Origin: Chiloscyllium plagiosum | Taxonomy: Eukaryota | Length of the DNA: 64,000 nt | NCBI RefSeq assembly: GCF_004010195.1 | Contig: NC_057723.1 | Location: 6,694,781-6,758,780 of the forward strand | Direction of reading: 5' to 3' | Part shown: positions 37,666-51,100 of the stretch, one piece after another | Numbering within the stretch: the stretch's first letter is position 1 | Layout: each line of letters begins with the position of its first letter | The notes under the pieces: generated by a model | What the model was told of the DNA's origin: nothing | The model's input: the letters and a program-made list of their open reading frames with translations, nothing else | Database searches by the model: none | Program-made: the position numbers and the translations under genes

Positions 37666-40420
37666 ATAAAAGAACTAACTGCTGCCTGTCCTTCCCCCTT
37701 TATTCTCCTCTTCTCTGTGCCCCAGGTCCCTGGTTGTTGAATCATTTTGGGCATCTGCGAAGAAAGCAAACCACTGAAGGGTGCGTCATAAACAGTCAGG
37801 CCGAGTGTGTGATAATGTCAGGGCCTCAATATGGTGGCGTTAGGCCCAGTCCTGATAGACTGTCAGGTGGCTAAGGTGGCTCCTCTTGAAAGGCTAAGTA
37901 GAATCATGGTTTCATAAAATCCCTATGTTATTGAAAGAGACCATTTACCCCATTGAGTCCACACCAACCTGCTGAAGAGCAGCCCACCCACACCCACACC
38001 CAGCCCCCTTCACTTTCCCTGTAACCCTGCATTCCCCTTGGCTAACCCACCTAGCCTACACATCTCTGGACAGTGTGGGCTATTTCCCATGGCTAACCCA
38101 CCTGACCTGCACATCTTTGGACTTGGAGGAAACCGGAGCACCTGGAGGAAACCCACACAGGCACGGGGAGAATGTGCAGAGTCCATACAGACAGTCACCC
38201 GAGGCTGGAATCAAACCCGTAGGTACCTGGCGCTGTGAGGCAGCAGTTCTAACCTCTGAGCCATCATGCCACCCTAAGAATCATGCCTACTGAGTGTCTT
38301 ACCATCTGCGTGGGGATGGAATCATTGGGACAGGCAACAGTATGATGATGGCGTCAGGGTCTGGGTAAGTTATACTGAATGCTGGTGCCAGGCCTACTTT
38401 CTGTGCCAGTCCAGGGGCTCTCTCTTGGTTGGTGGTAAAGGATGAAGCCTGCTATGTCTCAGCAGGAGACAGGTTTTTTCCAGTAACAAGGTAAGGTTTA
38501 TTCTATCTTTGTAACAGGTTACAGTGTACTGGTGACTGCAGAAGAGAATACAATCTCCAGTTTACAATGCTCAGAAAATGCTCCAAGTCTCCTAAAAGCT
38601 GCCTGATGCATATAACCAGCTGCTATTACATAGGGGGAGGTTCAGTTCAGGTCCCATTAACCCTTTCATATCCATTAACTTATACAACAGTGATGATGCT
38701 CAGAGGATCAGGGGACACACAGGCAGGAATACGTTCCTGGGATCTCACAAGTGGATGATGATGGAGAATCTCTCAGTCTGTTCTAGTGTAGGTTGAATTA
38801 CTGGGATTGGAGGGGGATGATCTGCGCCCAGACCTCTGAGTGCCACCCACCAAGGAGAAAGGACATTTGTAACAGAGATTATGCAGCTGTGTGTTGCTGC
38901 TCAGGAACTTTTGCACAGCTCTGAAACAAACGCAATGTAATCAAAAGGAAAAACCTTCGGACTACGGTAACTTTGTCCATGGCGGGCAGTGCCTGCTGGG
39001 TTGAGGTGGCATCCTAACCTGCATAATGGGGCACAGGTACCTGTGATCACTGCTGGGCATCCTCAGCCTTCTCTTACACTGGCACTCTGACATGTCCAGA
39101 AAACTAAGCCCCATGTCAATCACCAAACACACACGGCCCTTCCCAATTTCATCTCTTGATGCCCAGGAGACTCCATTTTCTTTAATTGGTTCATAGGACA
39201 AATGATCTTTGATATGCCATTACCCATTTTTAATTACCCAGAGGGCAGTTAGAAATCAACCATATTGCTGTGGGTCTGGAGTCACATGTAGGCCAGACTT
39301 GACTGGTATATTTCCCACCCTGAAGGGATATTAGTGAACTAGATGGGTTTATCTGCCAATTGACAATAGCTGCACGTCATCATTAAACTTCCAGACTTAG
39401 TTTTTAACTCAAATTTGACCATCCGCGATGGCATCCAGGACAAAGCAGCCCCGGCTTAATTGGCACTACATCCACAAATATCCATTCCCTCCACCAATGA
39501 CATTCAGTAGCAGCAGTGTGTACTATCCACAACACGCACTGCAGAAATTCATCAAAGATCCTCAGACAGCACATTCCAAACCCCCAACCACTTCCACCTA
39601 AAAGGACAGAGCAGCTGATACATGGGAACACCACCACCTTTAAGTTCCCCTCCAAGCCAGTCACCTTTTGGTTTGGAAATATGTCGCTGTTTCTTCAGTG
39701 TCACTGGGTCACAATCCTGGAACTCCCTCCCAAAGGGCACTGTCGGTCTACTGACAGCATGTGGACTATTACAGTTCAAGAAGGCAGCTCATCACCACCT
39801 TCTCAAGGGGCAACTAAGGTCGGGCAATAAATTCTGGCCCAGCCACTGATACCCAAGTCCCATAAGTGAAGAAAACAAAACACCATACTCAAAACGTGAA
39901 CTCTGTTGTTCTCTCCAGAGATGCTGTCAGACCTGCTGAGTCATAGCGGGATTTGAATCTAGGAACCTCCCCATCCCAGGATAATAGCTGGATCTCTGGG
40001 TCAATAATTGAGAGATAAATTCACTAGACCATCCCCCTCCCCTGTCATTAGCCGGTATTGATAACCCGGGTGTTAAGGGAGCTGCAGTATCAGAGATGTA
40101 CAATTTTCCCTCCTTGGTTGGTACACCTACTCAGCTGCCCATTACTGCTACAGTGCCTAAGTTGACACAACACTTTTCCCTCCCTCTGAGCCTCTCCCAG
40201 GTGCCAGGCCTGAATTTCGTAAACTGCTGCCCGGCTAACTTTGACAAACTGATAACAGTTTTGGCATTCACTTTGAATCAACTTTCCCCACCTTCAAATG
40301 GCCCTCTAACAATGCCCGCGACTCTAAGACAAATATTTCTTTGCATTTGTCGAGGGCGATGTAATTTGGGACAGAAATCTCTTTCGCTACTCGCTCCTTT
40401 CTGAACTCACATATAAAATA

Positions 40421-40639
40421 CAGATTGTTCTGCTACAATATGAGTTTTGCTAATGCAAATTTAATATAATAAGATTGACACATTGGGGACACTGTTTCTA
40501 AAGCACAAACTTTTAAAGTGTGTATTGGTTGTAACACGATTCCAGTCCCATCAGTTTAAATGGTGTTGCTTTTACGCAGTGTTCTTATAACATGGGATTG
40601 CACAAGAACGGAACTACCATGTTAAAGCAGAACCAACTG
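40421..40639. mobile_element. Tc1/mariner (Tigger-like) MITE
   Basis: TA|CAGATTGTTCTGCT ... AGCAGAACCAACTG|TA; termini related to the 19162 MITE. Confidence 0.75.
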
Positions 40640-40853
40640 TATAGTCATCTGTGATTCCCATGAGGGGAAAAGCTTTCAGAGTTGGAATATGGTTTTTTAA
40701 TGGGATGTGGGTATCACAGGCAAGACCAGCATTCATTGCCCATCCATAAGTGCCTTTGAAAGGGAGTGGCTTTCTCAGTTATATCAGGGGCAGTTAAGAG
40801 TCAATCACATTGCTGTGAGTCTGGAGTCATGTGTAGGCCAGACCAGGGAAGGA

Positions 40854-40947
40854 AGTCCTGAAGAAGGGTTACACCTGAAACATCGACTTCTCCACCTTCT
40901 GATGCTGCCTGGCTTGCCGTGTTCTTCCAGCTTCCTGCCTATCTACT
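40854..40947 (+). mobile_element. 94-bp pLTR-derived mini-insertion in a SacSINE1-like element
   Basis: 13-bp TSD gaccagggaagga at 40841-40853 and 40948-40960; begins agtcCTGAAGAagggttacacctgaaac. Confidence 0.8.
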
Positions 40948-41069
40948 GACCAGGGAAGGATGGCAGTTTCCTTCCCTAGAGGACCAGATGGGTTTTTACA
41001 GCAATTGTAGGTAATTTCATGATTACCATGACTGAGACTAACATTCTATTCCAGATTTATGAACTGAAT

Positions 41070-41640
41070 AGTTTCCGGAGTACTGAGGTAATGTTGCAGT
41101 TGTATAAGACTCTGGTGCAGCCGCATCTGGAGTATTGTGTGCAGTTTTGGTCCCCATACTTTAGGAAGGATGTGGAGGCACTGGAACGGGTGCAGAGGAG
41201 GTTTACCAGGATGTTGCCTGGTATGGTAGGAAGATCGTATGAGGAAAGGCTGAGGCACTTGGGGCTGTTTTCATTGGAGAAAAGAAGGTTTAGGGGTGAC
41301 TTGATAGAGGTGTACAAGATGATTAGGGGTTTAGATAGGGTCGACAGTGAGAATCTTTTTCCACGTATGGAGTCAGCTATTACAAGGGGGCATAGCTTTA
41401 AATTAAGGGGAGGTAGATATAGGACAGATGTTAGGGGTAGATTCTTTACTCAGCGAGTCGTGAGTTCATGGAATGCCCTGCCAGTAGCAGTGGTGGACTC
41501 TCCTTCATTATGGGCATTTAAACGTGCATTGGATAGACATATGGAGGATAGTGGGCTAGTGTAGGTTAGGTGGGCTTGGATCGGCGCAACATCGAGGGCC
41601 AAAGGGACTGCACTGCGCTGTATTCTTCTATGTTCTATGA
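41070..41640 (+). mobile_element. Young CR1 LINE 3' fragment with intact ORF2 C-terminus
   Basis: Uninterrupted LYKTLVQPHLEYCVQFWSP...WNALP...ALDRHM; ttctatgttctatg tail. Confidence 0.92.
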
Positions 41641-42269
41641 ATTTAAGCTCCACAAGCTGGTGTGATGGTGTGTGTGTGGGAAACCACATCCCCAGTATAT
41701 CCGGCCCTGAGGAGGTGTCACTGGACCCGAAACATTAACTCTGATTTCTCTCTCCAGACCCTGCAGGGCTTCTCCAGCCTCCCCAGTGTATCGCTCTGGA
41801 GTTTGGAATCCAGTGGTTTTACCATCCCAGAAGTGGTTAACCATTTTGTTTCTTCCTCACTCCACCTCCCCCCCCCCCCCCCTCCACCACTGTGCCACCG
41901 TGCCACCCACGGTGGCACAGTTTCTTCCTCACCTGCCCCCCCCCCCCCTCCAAGGAGGGTGAAAACCCAATTGCCAAGCTCTGACCCGGAGTCGAGAGAA
42001 AGCACAACTCCCTGAGTGCCGGCTGACATGTCCCAGTCAGTACGGGGGGTTGCAGGAGGGAGGGATCTGGGCAGCATGGCACACTGTTAGCACAGCTGCT
42101 CCCTGGGAGACCAATCGCCAGCACCAAGTGGATGGGCCAAATGGACTGATGATCTCTCTCATCAAACCAATCCAAGCAGCAACCTTCAACAATAAAGAGT
42201 AAATTATTGTCATAACTCCTCGTCTAATTGACAAATGGTGGCCCAGGCCTTGGCTTATTCTGGTATTTA

Positions 42270-42650
42270 TCTGGTTACCGGGGTAACGTCCAGCCGCCCT
42301 GCGATGTCCAGCTCCTCCTGTATCCCACAATCCCTCACTTGGAGGACCGGCCTGGCCCGAGGTCGGGGGCGCGAGGGGTTGCAGACCCTCTGCCCTCTTG
42401 CCGCCTTTGTGATCTTTGGCGTTGGAGGTCCCCCAGGTCCTCCAGCCAACCCCTGCAGCGCTTCCCTCGGGAAACAGGGCAACCGGTTAGTGCACAGCAC
42501 GATCCCACAGACGCGGGGTTTTCTCCGATTTCGGGCGACCACCCCTGCTCCTTCTAGATCCTTCTGTTCCAGTCGCCTTGGAATAACGGAAAGGGGCTTG
42601 GCGTCTGAAGGAAGGCCCCAGCGGCAGTGCGGCACCCCCGGGGTGGGGTG
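42270..42650. promoter_or_regulatory. CpG-rich promoter-like region with RFX X-box
   Basis: Palindromic GTTACC-GG-GGTAAC at 42274-42287 in a unique GC/CpG-rich patch; plus-strand donor-like GG|GTGAGG at 42648. Confidence 0.5.
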
Positions 42651-43019
42651 AGGGAGGGCAGTATACCCAGCTTGGGGTGTGTATTATATTGGTTTGCGGG
42701 GGACATTAGGCCTGGCTAGGGGTGCGGGTTACACCCAACCCAGGGGTATTACCCAAACCAGGGGTGGGGTTATATGCACCCAGGGGTGGGATTGGGGGTC
42801 GTACCCAACCCAGGGGTGGGGATTATACCCAACCCAGGGGTGTGGATTATACCCACCCAGGGGGTTGTACCACCCAGGGATGGCGATTACAGATTGCTGG
42901 TTGTGGGGATTAAATGTGGCTGGAGGTGGGGTTTATTCCTGACTGATTGTGGAGATTATATAGGTCTGGGCGTGGTGTCTATAAATGGTTGAGGGTAGTG
43001 GTGTACATGTCATAGTGAT

Positions 43020-43495
43020 TGAGTCATGGAAATCAGACCCTTCGGTCCAACCCGTCCATGCTGACCAGGTATCCCAACCCAATGTAGTCCCATTAGCCAG
43101 CACTGGCCTGTATCCCTCTAAACCCTTCCTATTCCTACACCCATCCAGATGCCTTTTAAATGTTGTAATTATGCCAACCTCCACCACTTCCTCTGGCAGC
43201 TCATTCCATACACGCACCACTCTTTGCGTGAAAAAGTTGCTCCTCTGGTCTCTTTTATATCATTCCCCTCTCACCCTAAATCTATGCCTTCTAGTTCTGG
43301 ACTCCCCCACCCCAGGGAAAAGACTTTGTCTACTTATCCTATCCATTCCCCTCATGATTTTATAAATCCCTATAAGGTCACCCCTCAGCCTCTGACACTA
43401 CAGGGAAAACAGCCCTAGCCTATTCAACCTCTCCCTATAGCTCAAATCCTCCAATCCTGGCAACATCCTTGTAAATCTTTTCTGAACCCTTTCTG
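43020..43495 (-). mobile_element. CR1 (HER1-like) 3' fragment
   Basis: VRVWNELPEEVVE...FKRHLD remnant; flanked by G-rich degenerate repeats (42660-42900, 43500-43770). Confidence 0.85.
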
Positions 43496-44812
43496 GCTAG
43501 AGGTGGGGATTACATGTATCTGAGGATGGGGAATTATACATTTCTAAGGGTGGGGATTTTGTGTGTCTAATGGTGGAGTTGATACATTTCTTGAGGTGGG
43601 GATTATATGTAGCTGGGCATGGCGATAATACAGTGCTGGGAGTGCAGGATATATGTAGTTGGAGTTGGGAACTATACATGTCTAATGGTGAGGTTTATAC
43701 ATTTCTGGATGTGGGATTATATGTAGTTGGGAATGGAGATTATCTGTGTCTGCTGGTGGGGTTTATACACACTGGATCAGTTGTTTGATTCTTCATTTTC
43801 TAATGGCTCACCCCTGTTGCTGGTGAGATGTTTCTGTGTGTTTGTCCTCAGTATTTACACAGCGAGCACTGTGATCAGCTGCAGTTTATTTGGTCTCTCA
43901 GTTTCCTGGAAGCCACTGGGCGATGATCCAAGAGGCAGTGTAATTTCAAACACAGATTTGGAGGGGTTTCAGTGCATTAGGAGGATGCTCGGCCCATCGG
44001 CAGTATGCAGTACAATATATTAATGAGGCTTTGTCTACATTAAACCCCTTGGGCTGATGGTGCAGGAAGGGAGGAGAATGGATTTACTCAGAGTTGTGAG
44101 GCCAGGAGGTGTGGTGAAAGAGGGATACATTGGCATGAGAGCCATGGAGGGAGGAATCACAGCATTTTGTCCACCACCCAGTTTATCCACACACAGCAGT
44201 CTCTCTGCCTGTCTGCTCATTCTGACCCAAGGATAAAAATTCAGTTGTATTGTGATGTGGGTCATGAATCAAACAGCTAACTAGTACTCTGCTTCTCCAT
44301 TGGCTGATGAATGACTAACATTATTCCTGTGATCAGATTCAGCCTGTATTTGGGCTAACCCTGCCAATCCCATCATTTCACTTTGTTCCCACAACATTCT
44401 GACTGTAATCTCAATGTTTGTGTTGAATTTTAAAGCTGTCTTACACTGGATTTGCCAGATTTACGTTGGGGAGTGAAAGGCATAGATTCGCTTGACCTAA
44501 GTATTGAAGGTTAAGGGGAGGGTTCTTGTTTTGCAGGGTTAGTGTCCCTACCTCTGGGTGAGGAGGTTCTCTTCTCTCTGTCTCTCTTTCTGGCGCCAGA
44601 CACTTGCTGTCCTACTCGCTTGCTTTCTGCGTGCTCTCTTGTTCTCGTGCTGCCTCGCTCTTGCTCTCGCTCTATTGCTGTCTCTCTCTCTCTGTAAGCA
44701 CAGCAAGCTCCCACAAGCAACCTGATAATCTGCTTCACTGATATCACTGGAGGAATAAATTGGCACCAGCGAAGGAGTTTCTGTGAATGTCTTCAATATA
44801 AGACCATATGAT

Positions 44813-45490
44813 CTCAGAGCAGAAAGTTCCTTGAAAGTGGAGTTGCAGGTAGATAGGATAGTGAAGAAGGTGTTTGGTATCCTTTCCTTTATTGGTTAGT
44901 GCATTGAGTACAGGAGGTGGGAGGTCATGTTACAGCTGTAGAGGACATTGGTTAGGCCACTTTTGGAATATTGCGTGCAGTTCTGGTCTCCTTCCTATCG
45001 GAAGGATGTTGTGAAACTTGAAAGGGTTCAGAAAAGATTTATAAGGATGTTGCCAGGGTTGGAGGATTTGAGCTATCGGGAGAGATTGTTTACCCTGGAG
45101 CGTTGAAGGCTGACGGGTGAGCTCATAGAGGTTTATAAAATCATGAGGGGCATGGGTAGGGTAAATAGACAAGGTCTTTTCCCTGGGGTGGGGGAGTCCA
45201 GAACTAGAGGGCATAGGTTTAAGGTGAAGGGAAAAGATTTAAAAGGGACCTAAGGGGCAGCATTTTCTCGCTGAGGGTGGTGTGTGTATGGAATGAGCTG
45301 CCAGAGGAAGTGGTGGAGGCTGGTACAATTGCAACATTTAAAAGGAATTTTGGTGGGTATATACTTAGGAATGGTTTGGAGGGATATGGGGCAAGTGTTG
45401 GCAAATGAGACTAGATTAGCTTAGGATATCTGGTCGGCATGGACGAATTGGACCGAAGGGTCTATTTCCATGCTGGACATCTCTTACTCT
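44813..45490 (+). mobile_element. CR1 (HER1-like) 3' fragment
   Basis: Same family as 6780-7455, opposite orientation. Confidence 0.88.
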
Positions 45491-46382
45491 AGGTAGGCCA
45501 TTTAGCCCATCAAGTCTGCTTCAATGAGATCATGGCTAATCCTAATCTTTAAAACCACGTTCCTGCTGTACGCCATAATCTTCAATTCCTTTCCTGATTA
45601 AAAATGTTTCTCTCAGCCTTGAAGCTATTGTGTCTTTGACGCCGTTTTGAGAAGGAAGCTGGTTTCACATCTCAGTTGTAAAACAGCTCCTCTGTCAGTG
45701 TGGCACTTTCCACAGTCTTTGATAAAACTCTTGGGGGGTCAACTGCTGGTCACTCAGATATGAGTCAGGAAGCCTGTGGACTGATGTTTACCTATATTCT
45801 TTCCTAGAACTTTGTGTCCTAGCGGCAATAGGTCATTTTACTCACCAAAACAGAGGACAATATCTCACTGGGATTTGAAATGTGCACACAAACCTGCAGC
45901 ATCATATCTGTCCCACAGAGTGCTCAAGTGCCAACAGCCACCCACAATCTCCCAAACAACTCGCAACAAGCATTGCTGATTTTCTAAACAGTGCAATAAT
46001 GACCGAGGCTTGGAAGTACAGGACAAAATTTCCAAACTGTGGATGACAGGAATTACTAACACTGTAAGAACAATTAGATGAACCTTTAGGGGCACAGCAA
46101 ATGCAAAGGGCAGAGACCTTTTAAGGCACACAAGTTAGAACAAGAAAGACAGGCATTCAGAATCATTTAGACAGAACAAGGGGAGACAATTCCCTCATTG
46201 TATTATCACTGGATCATTAATTTAGAGACCCAGAGTATGTACAGGGGACCCAGGTTTGAATCCTGTCATGATAGGTAGCAGAATTTGAAGTCAGTTAAAA
46301 CAAAACTCTGCAATTAAAAGTCTAGTAATGACCACTGACGATTACTATAAAAATTCCATTGCAAAGGTCCTTCAGGACACAA

Positions 46383-46706
46383 ATTAGATTAGATTAGATT
46401 AGATTACTACAGTGTGGAAACAGGCCCTTCGGCCCAACAAGTCCACACCGACCCGCCGAAGCGCAACCCACCCATACCCCTACATTTACCCCTTTAACCT
46501 AACACTACGGGCAATTTAACATGGCCAATTCACCTGACCCACACATTTTTGGATTGTGGGAGGAAACCGGAGCACCCGGAGGAAACCCACGCAGACACGG
46601 GGAGAATGTGCAAACTCCACACAGTCAGTCGCCTGAGTCGGGAATTGAACCCGGGTCTCTGGCGCTGTGAGGCAGCAGTGCTAACCGCTGTGCCACCGTG
46701 CCGCCC
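46383..46706 (-). mobile_element. HE1 SINE, full length
   Basis: Complete head, body and (taatc)n tail. Confidence 0.9.
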
Positions 46707-47085
46707 ATAAATCTGCCATCCTTACCAAAAACAGAAACAAATTGCTGGAGAAGCGCAGCAGGTCTGGCAGCATCTGTGGAGAGTAATCAGAGCTAACAAT
46801 TCTGAAGCTGATGTGAGCCTGATCCTCACTGAGCCTGATCCTCACTGAGGCAGCACCATCCAGCTTGTTATATTTCTGTAATATGGAGAGGTGAGACCTC
46901 CTTGTAGATATTGAAGGATTGCTACATGCTGCAGCTTCTACCCAGCGCAGCATGTACTGCACTCTCTTGCTTGAACATCAGATGGCACCATCAACCCACA
47001 TCGCCTTCCCCCATTCCCAGGATAGAAATTTGATATTCCATCTCTCACAAATCCCAAATCTGGAGTCTCCAGCCCTGTAAAGGTA

Positions 47086-47342
47086 CACAATCCTTTAGCT
47101 GAAATTTGAAGTTTTTATTGTGAAGTTTTTTTCTGCATAACAAGGTTGTTTGGCGTGCGAACAGGTGACCCAACTCCACACTCACTCAACCCACATCACT
47201 CAGATGGGTCTGGTGTTCAGTAAAAAATTTTTATTTCACTGTGAAAATGTCATTTACTCTGAAATTCAAAAAATTCCAAAATCTGAAAAACAACTGCCCC
47301 ACCCACCCACCTCCTCCCCAGGATTTTGGATAAAGAATTGTG
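47086..47342. mobile_element. Tc1/mariner-like MITE
   Basis: TA|CACAATCCTTTAGCTGAAAT ... ATTTTGGATAAAGAATTGTG|TA; 16/20 TIR match. Confidence 0.65.
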
Positions 47343-47764
47343 TACCTGTACCACCAACAGACCCCGTCCTGCTAATACTGTTTCTCTTTCCTCAGATTCT
47401 CTGAATTTTCTGGGTCCGTTTCCCCATTTTCCTCAGTTTTCACTTTCTTAGACAGTTGTTGTCTATCTCCCCTTTTCCTCCTTGTAATTTTCTTACATCT
47501 TTTATTTTCATTCTATCTGCTTTTACTGACATCTATATTTCATTCTATTTCTGTACTCCACCTTTCTCACTTTGTGTTTCCTCTCTTTCTTCCTTTCTCT
47601 TTTGCTCTTTATTAATCAATTCTTCTCATCCCTTTGTCCTTGGTCTCTCTCTGTCCCTCCCTCCCTTTCCTCTCATCTCTACCCAAATAATTTCATCTCT
47701 CCTTTTCTTTCTCTCTCACACTTCCCTTTCTCTTTCCCTCCTTCCTCTAGCTGTCTCTTCCACT

Positions 47765-48132
47765 TAGAAGTTTGTGAAATCATGAGAGGCGTGGATAGGG
47801 TGAACAGCCAAAGTCTTTTCCCTGGGGAAGGGGAGTCCAAAACTAGAGGGCATAGGTTTAGGGTGAGAGGGGAAAGATTTAAAAGAGACCTGAGGGGCCA
47901 GATTTTCACACAGAGGGTGGTGCGTGCATGGAATGAGCTGCCAGAGGAAGTGGTGGAGGCTGGTACAATTACAACATTTAAAAGGCATCTGGATGGGTAT
48001 ATGAACAGGACGGGTTTAGAGGGATATGGGCCAAGTGCTGGCAAGTGGGACTAGCTTAGGTTAGGATATCTGGTCAGCATGGACAAGTTGGATTCAAGGG
48101 TCTGTTTCCATGCTATAAATCTCCATGACTCT
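47765..48132 (+). mobile_element. CR1 3' fragment
   Basis: EVCEIMRGVDRV...WNELPEEVVEAG remnant. Confidence 0.85.
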
Positions 48133-51100
48133 ATTACACATTTTTAAACATATAAATCCAGAAGATTCCATTGCTAATAAAGACATGTTTTGTCTGATTA
48201 AATAATATATAAATAGGAAACCCTTTTAATTTCTCAATAAAAATAATTGAAGAGGAACACAGGGTGTCTGGAATCATTAAAACATTATTTAAATTTTGAA
48301 CTTTTAAAAATTTAACTGATTTTTCTAATTGTTTTATTCAGTCAGGCAAAGTGAGCAGTGTAGCCAGCATTTATTGCCCATCCCTAGGTGTCCACTTGAG
48401 AAGATGGTGGTGAGCTGCCTTCTTGAACCACTCCAATCCAGGCACTGTCACCTGACCCACAATGCCCTTAGGGAATTCCAGGATTAAGACCTGGCGACAG
48501 TGAAGAAACAGTGACACATTTCCAAGTCAGGATGGTAAGTGGCTTGGAAGGAAGCTTGCAATTGGTGCTGTTCCATGTATCTGCTGCCCTTGTCCTTCTA
48601 GACGGATGTTGTGGGTTTGGAAGGTGATAGAGTCATAGAGATGTACAGCGTGGTGTCTGAGGATCTTTGGTGAATTTCGGCAGTGAATCTTGTAGATAGT
48701 CCACACTGCTGCTACTGAGCTTTGATGGTGGAGAGAGTGGATGCTTGTGGATGTGGTGTCAATCAAGTGGGCTGCTTTGCCCTGGATGGTGTCAAGCTTC
48801 TTGAGTATTGTTGGAGCTGTGCCCATCTAGACAAGTGGGGAGTATTCCATCACATCCCTGCCTTGTGCCTTGTCGATGTACTATATCCTGACATGCAATC
48901 ACGTGAAGGCTGTCCTGAGGTCATTGATTGCACTGAGACAGTGATTGCGATTCTCTGAATGGAGCCATTTACTGTGGAGAATGGAACTGTGTTGGGTTGC
49001 AGCCAGCATCCACACTGACCTCCAGTGGCTCATCCTCATGCTTAATGAGAGAGTGGACGGCCTCATGTTCAATGAGGGAGATGACAGGTGAGTGCTGTTA
49101 TTGCTGGACTATAGTTCCAGAGATCCCTGAGGTGTCAGGTGTATAGTCCCACTCTTGACAGATGGCAGAACTTGAATTCAACAAAAATCTGGAATTAAGA
49201 TGGTAAGGATGACCACATATACTCACAAATCCCATCTGTTTCCCTCATGTCCTTGAGAGAAGGAAACTGCCATCCTTACCTGGTCTGGCCTATACGTGAC
49301 TCCAGATCTACCGTAATGTGGTTGACTTTTAACTGCCCTATGGGTAATAAATGATGGCCTAGCCAGTAACACCCACATCAAGTGGATGAATAAATACAAA
49401 TCCTTCCCTATAATCTCCTTAAAGCCTTCAATTTTCACTCATTTCAATTCCTGAAATAAAGGGGTGTATTGTGAGCGAACGTTGGGCCTACCCTGGGACT
49501 GATTTTAGGATTCAGAGGAGGCTTGACAGAGTTGACGCTAAGAGATGTTTCCCCACCAGAGCAGAAACTCAAGAGCATGGTTCAAAAATAAGGGATTTCC
49601 CATTTGATTGTGAGGAGAAGGAATTACTTCTCAAAGTAGTCACTAATCCCATTACGAGGAGTGGAGGCCTGGGTCAGTCAGTATCTGAGGGTGGACAGAC
49701 TTCTGATTGACAAAGGTGTGAAGGTTTCTGGGAGATAGACAAGATGAGGAAAAGACTCAAGGTCTCATTAGAGCAATCATAATCTTACTGACCACAGAGT
49801 AGGCATGATTGGTTGAAAGGCCTCCTCCTGTTCCTATGTCATAACATATTGTATCTATTTGGTTAATCTCTGGCCTTTCAGGCAACTTGATTTCCACCTC
49901 ACCAGCACCATCAGCTGTTGACTCTTCAACCGTCTCAACTTTAAACTCAGGAAACCCCTCCCTAAACATCTCAGCTCCCTTTCTCCTCTCTACACATGGC
50001 TCCTTAAAACTTACTCCTTTGGCCAAATGTTTGATAATTTTCTTGTGTAATTTGGCGTCAAGCATCATTTCGTACTCCCTGTATAGAATGTAAAAGTGTT
50101 AAAGGTGCTAAATAAAGGCAGGTTGTTAGTGAGGATTATATCACTTTCCAGAATCCTATCTCTCAGGAGATACGTGGTCCATTCGACATTGGGATAGGTT
50201 GAGTGTGGAGTCAGTGCTGATGATGAAGAGGGCATCTGAATTACCTGCGACATTCATTTCAATCGCCAGAAAATTTCTAACACACCTTTCAGAACCTCTG
50301 AGCTGGGCCTATTCCTTACCACGGAACACAATCACTGAAGAAACAAATGCAACTCAGCAAAAAGGGGCAGCACGGTGGCTCAGTGGTTAGCACTGCTGCC
50401 TCACAGCACCAGGGACCCAGATTAGATTCCTGCCTTGGGCGACTGTCTGTATGGAGTTTGTGCATTCTCCCCGTGTCTGCGTGGGTTTGCTCTGGCTGCT
50501 TCGGTTTCTCCCACAGTCTTAAGATGTGCAGGTTAGATGGGTTAGCCATGGGAAATGCAGGGTTGCAGGGATGTTCTTTAGAACATTAATGAACCAGATG
50601 GGATTTTTTTAAACTACAAACTAGTAGCTTGTCCCAATTACTGACAATAGTTTTATTCCAGGTTTAGGTAAAGAACGATGTTTAAATTCCCCAACTACTG
50701 ATTTCAAGGAATGTTACTGGTCAGTATCTCAATAATAAAGCAATATGCTCTCTAATACAGTTGTGGGGTCTGAAAGGAGCTGGATTGTCAATGCAAAAAC
50801 AGCACCTCCGACAGTGCGGCACTCCCTCTGTTCCTTGTCCTCTGGGTCAGCTTTATTTCACATCTTTCCATGTCCATCTGCACCTACTGGTTCAAAACTG
50901 TACATTCCTTTCCTGGCACAAGGCAAGTGAAACTTTCAATTTTTATTAAGTTATTTAAGAACATAAGGTCTAGGCCATTCAGCCCCTCGAGCCTGCTCCA
51001 TTATTCAATATGATCCTGGCTGATCCCATTTTGGCCTCAACACCACGTTCCCACCCACTCTCCATAACCCTTCAACACATTACTGATTAAAAATCTGTTC

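Noticed and set aside
38454-38688. Short TG...CA segment as a solo LTR
   Set aside because: No TSD or PBS could be identified; insufficient support
41019-41564. 181-aa ORF as a host gene
   Set aside because: CR1 ORF2 C-terminus of a 5'-truncated copy; same applies to other LEYCVQFW/RGDLIEVYK ORFs in the track
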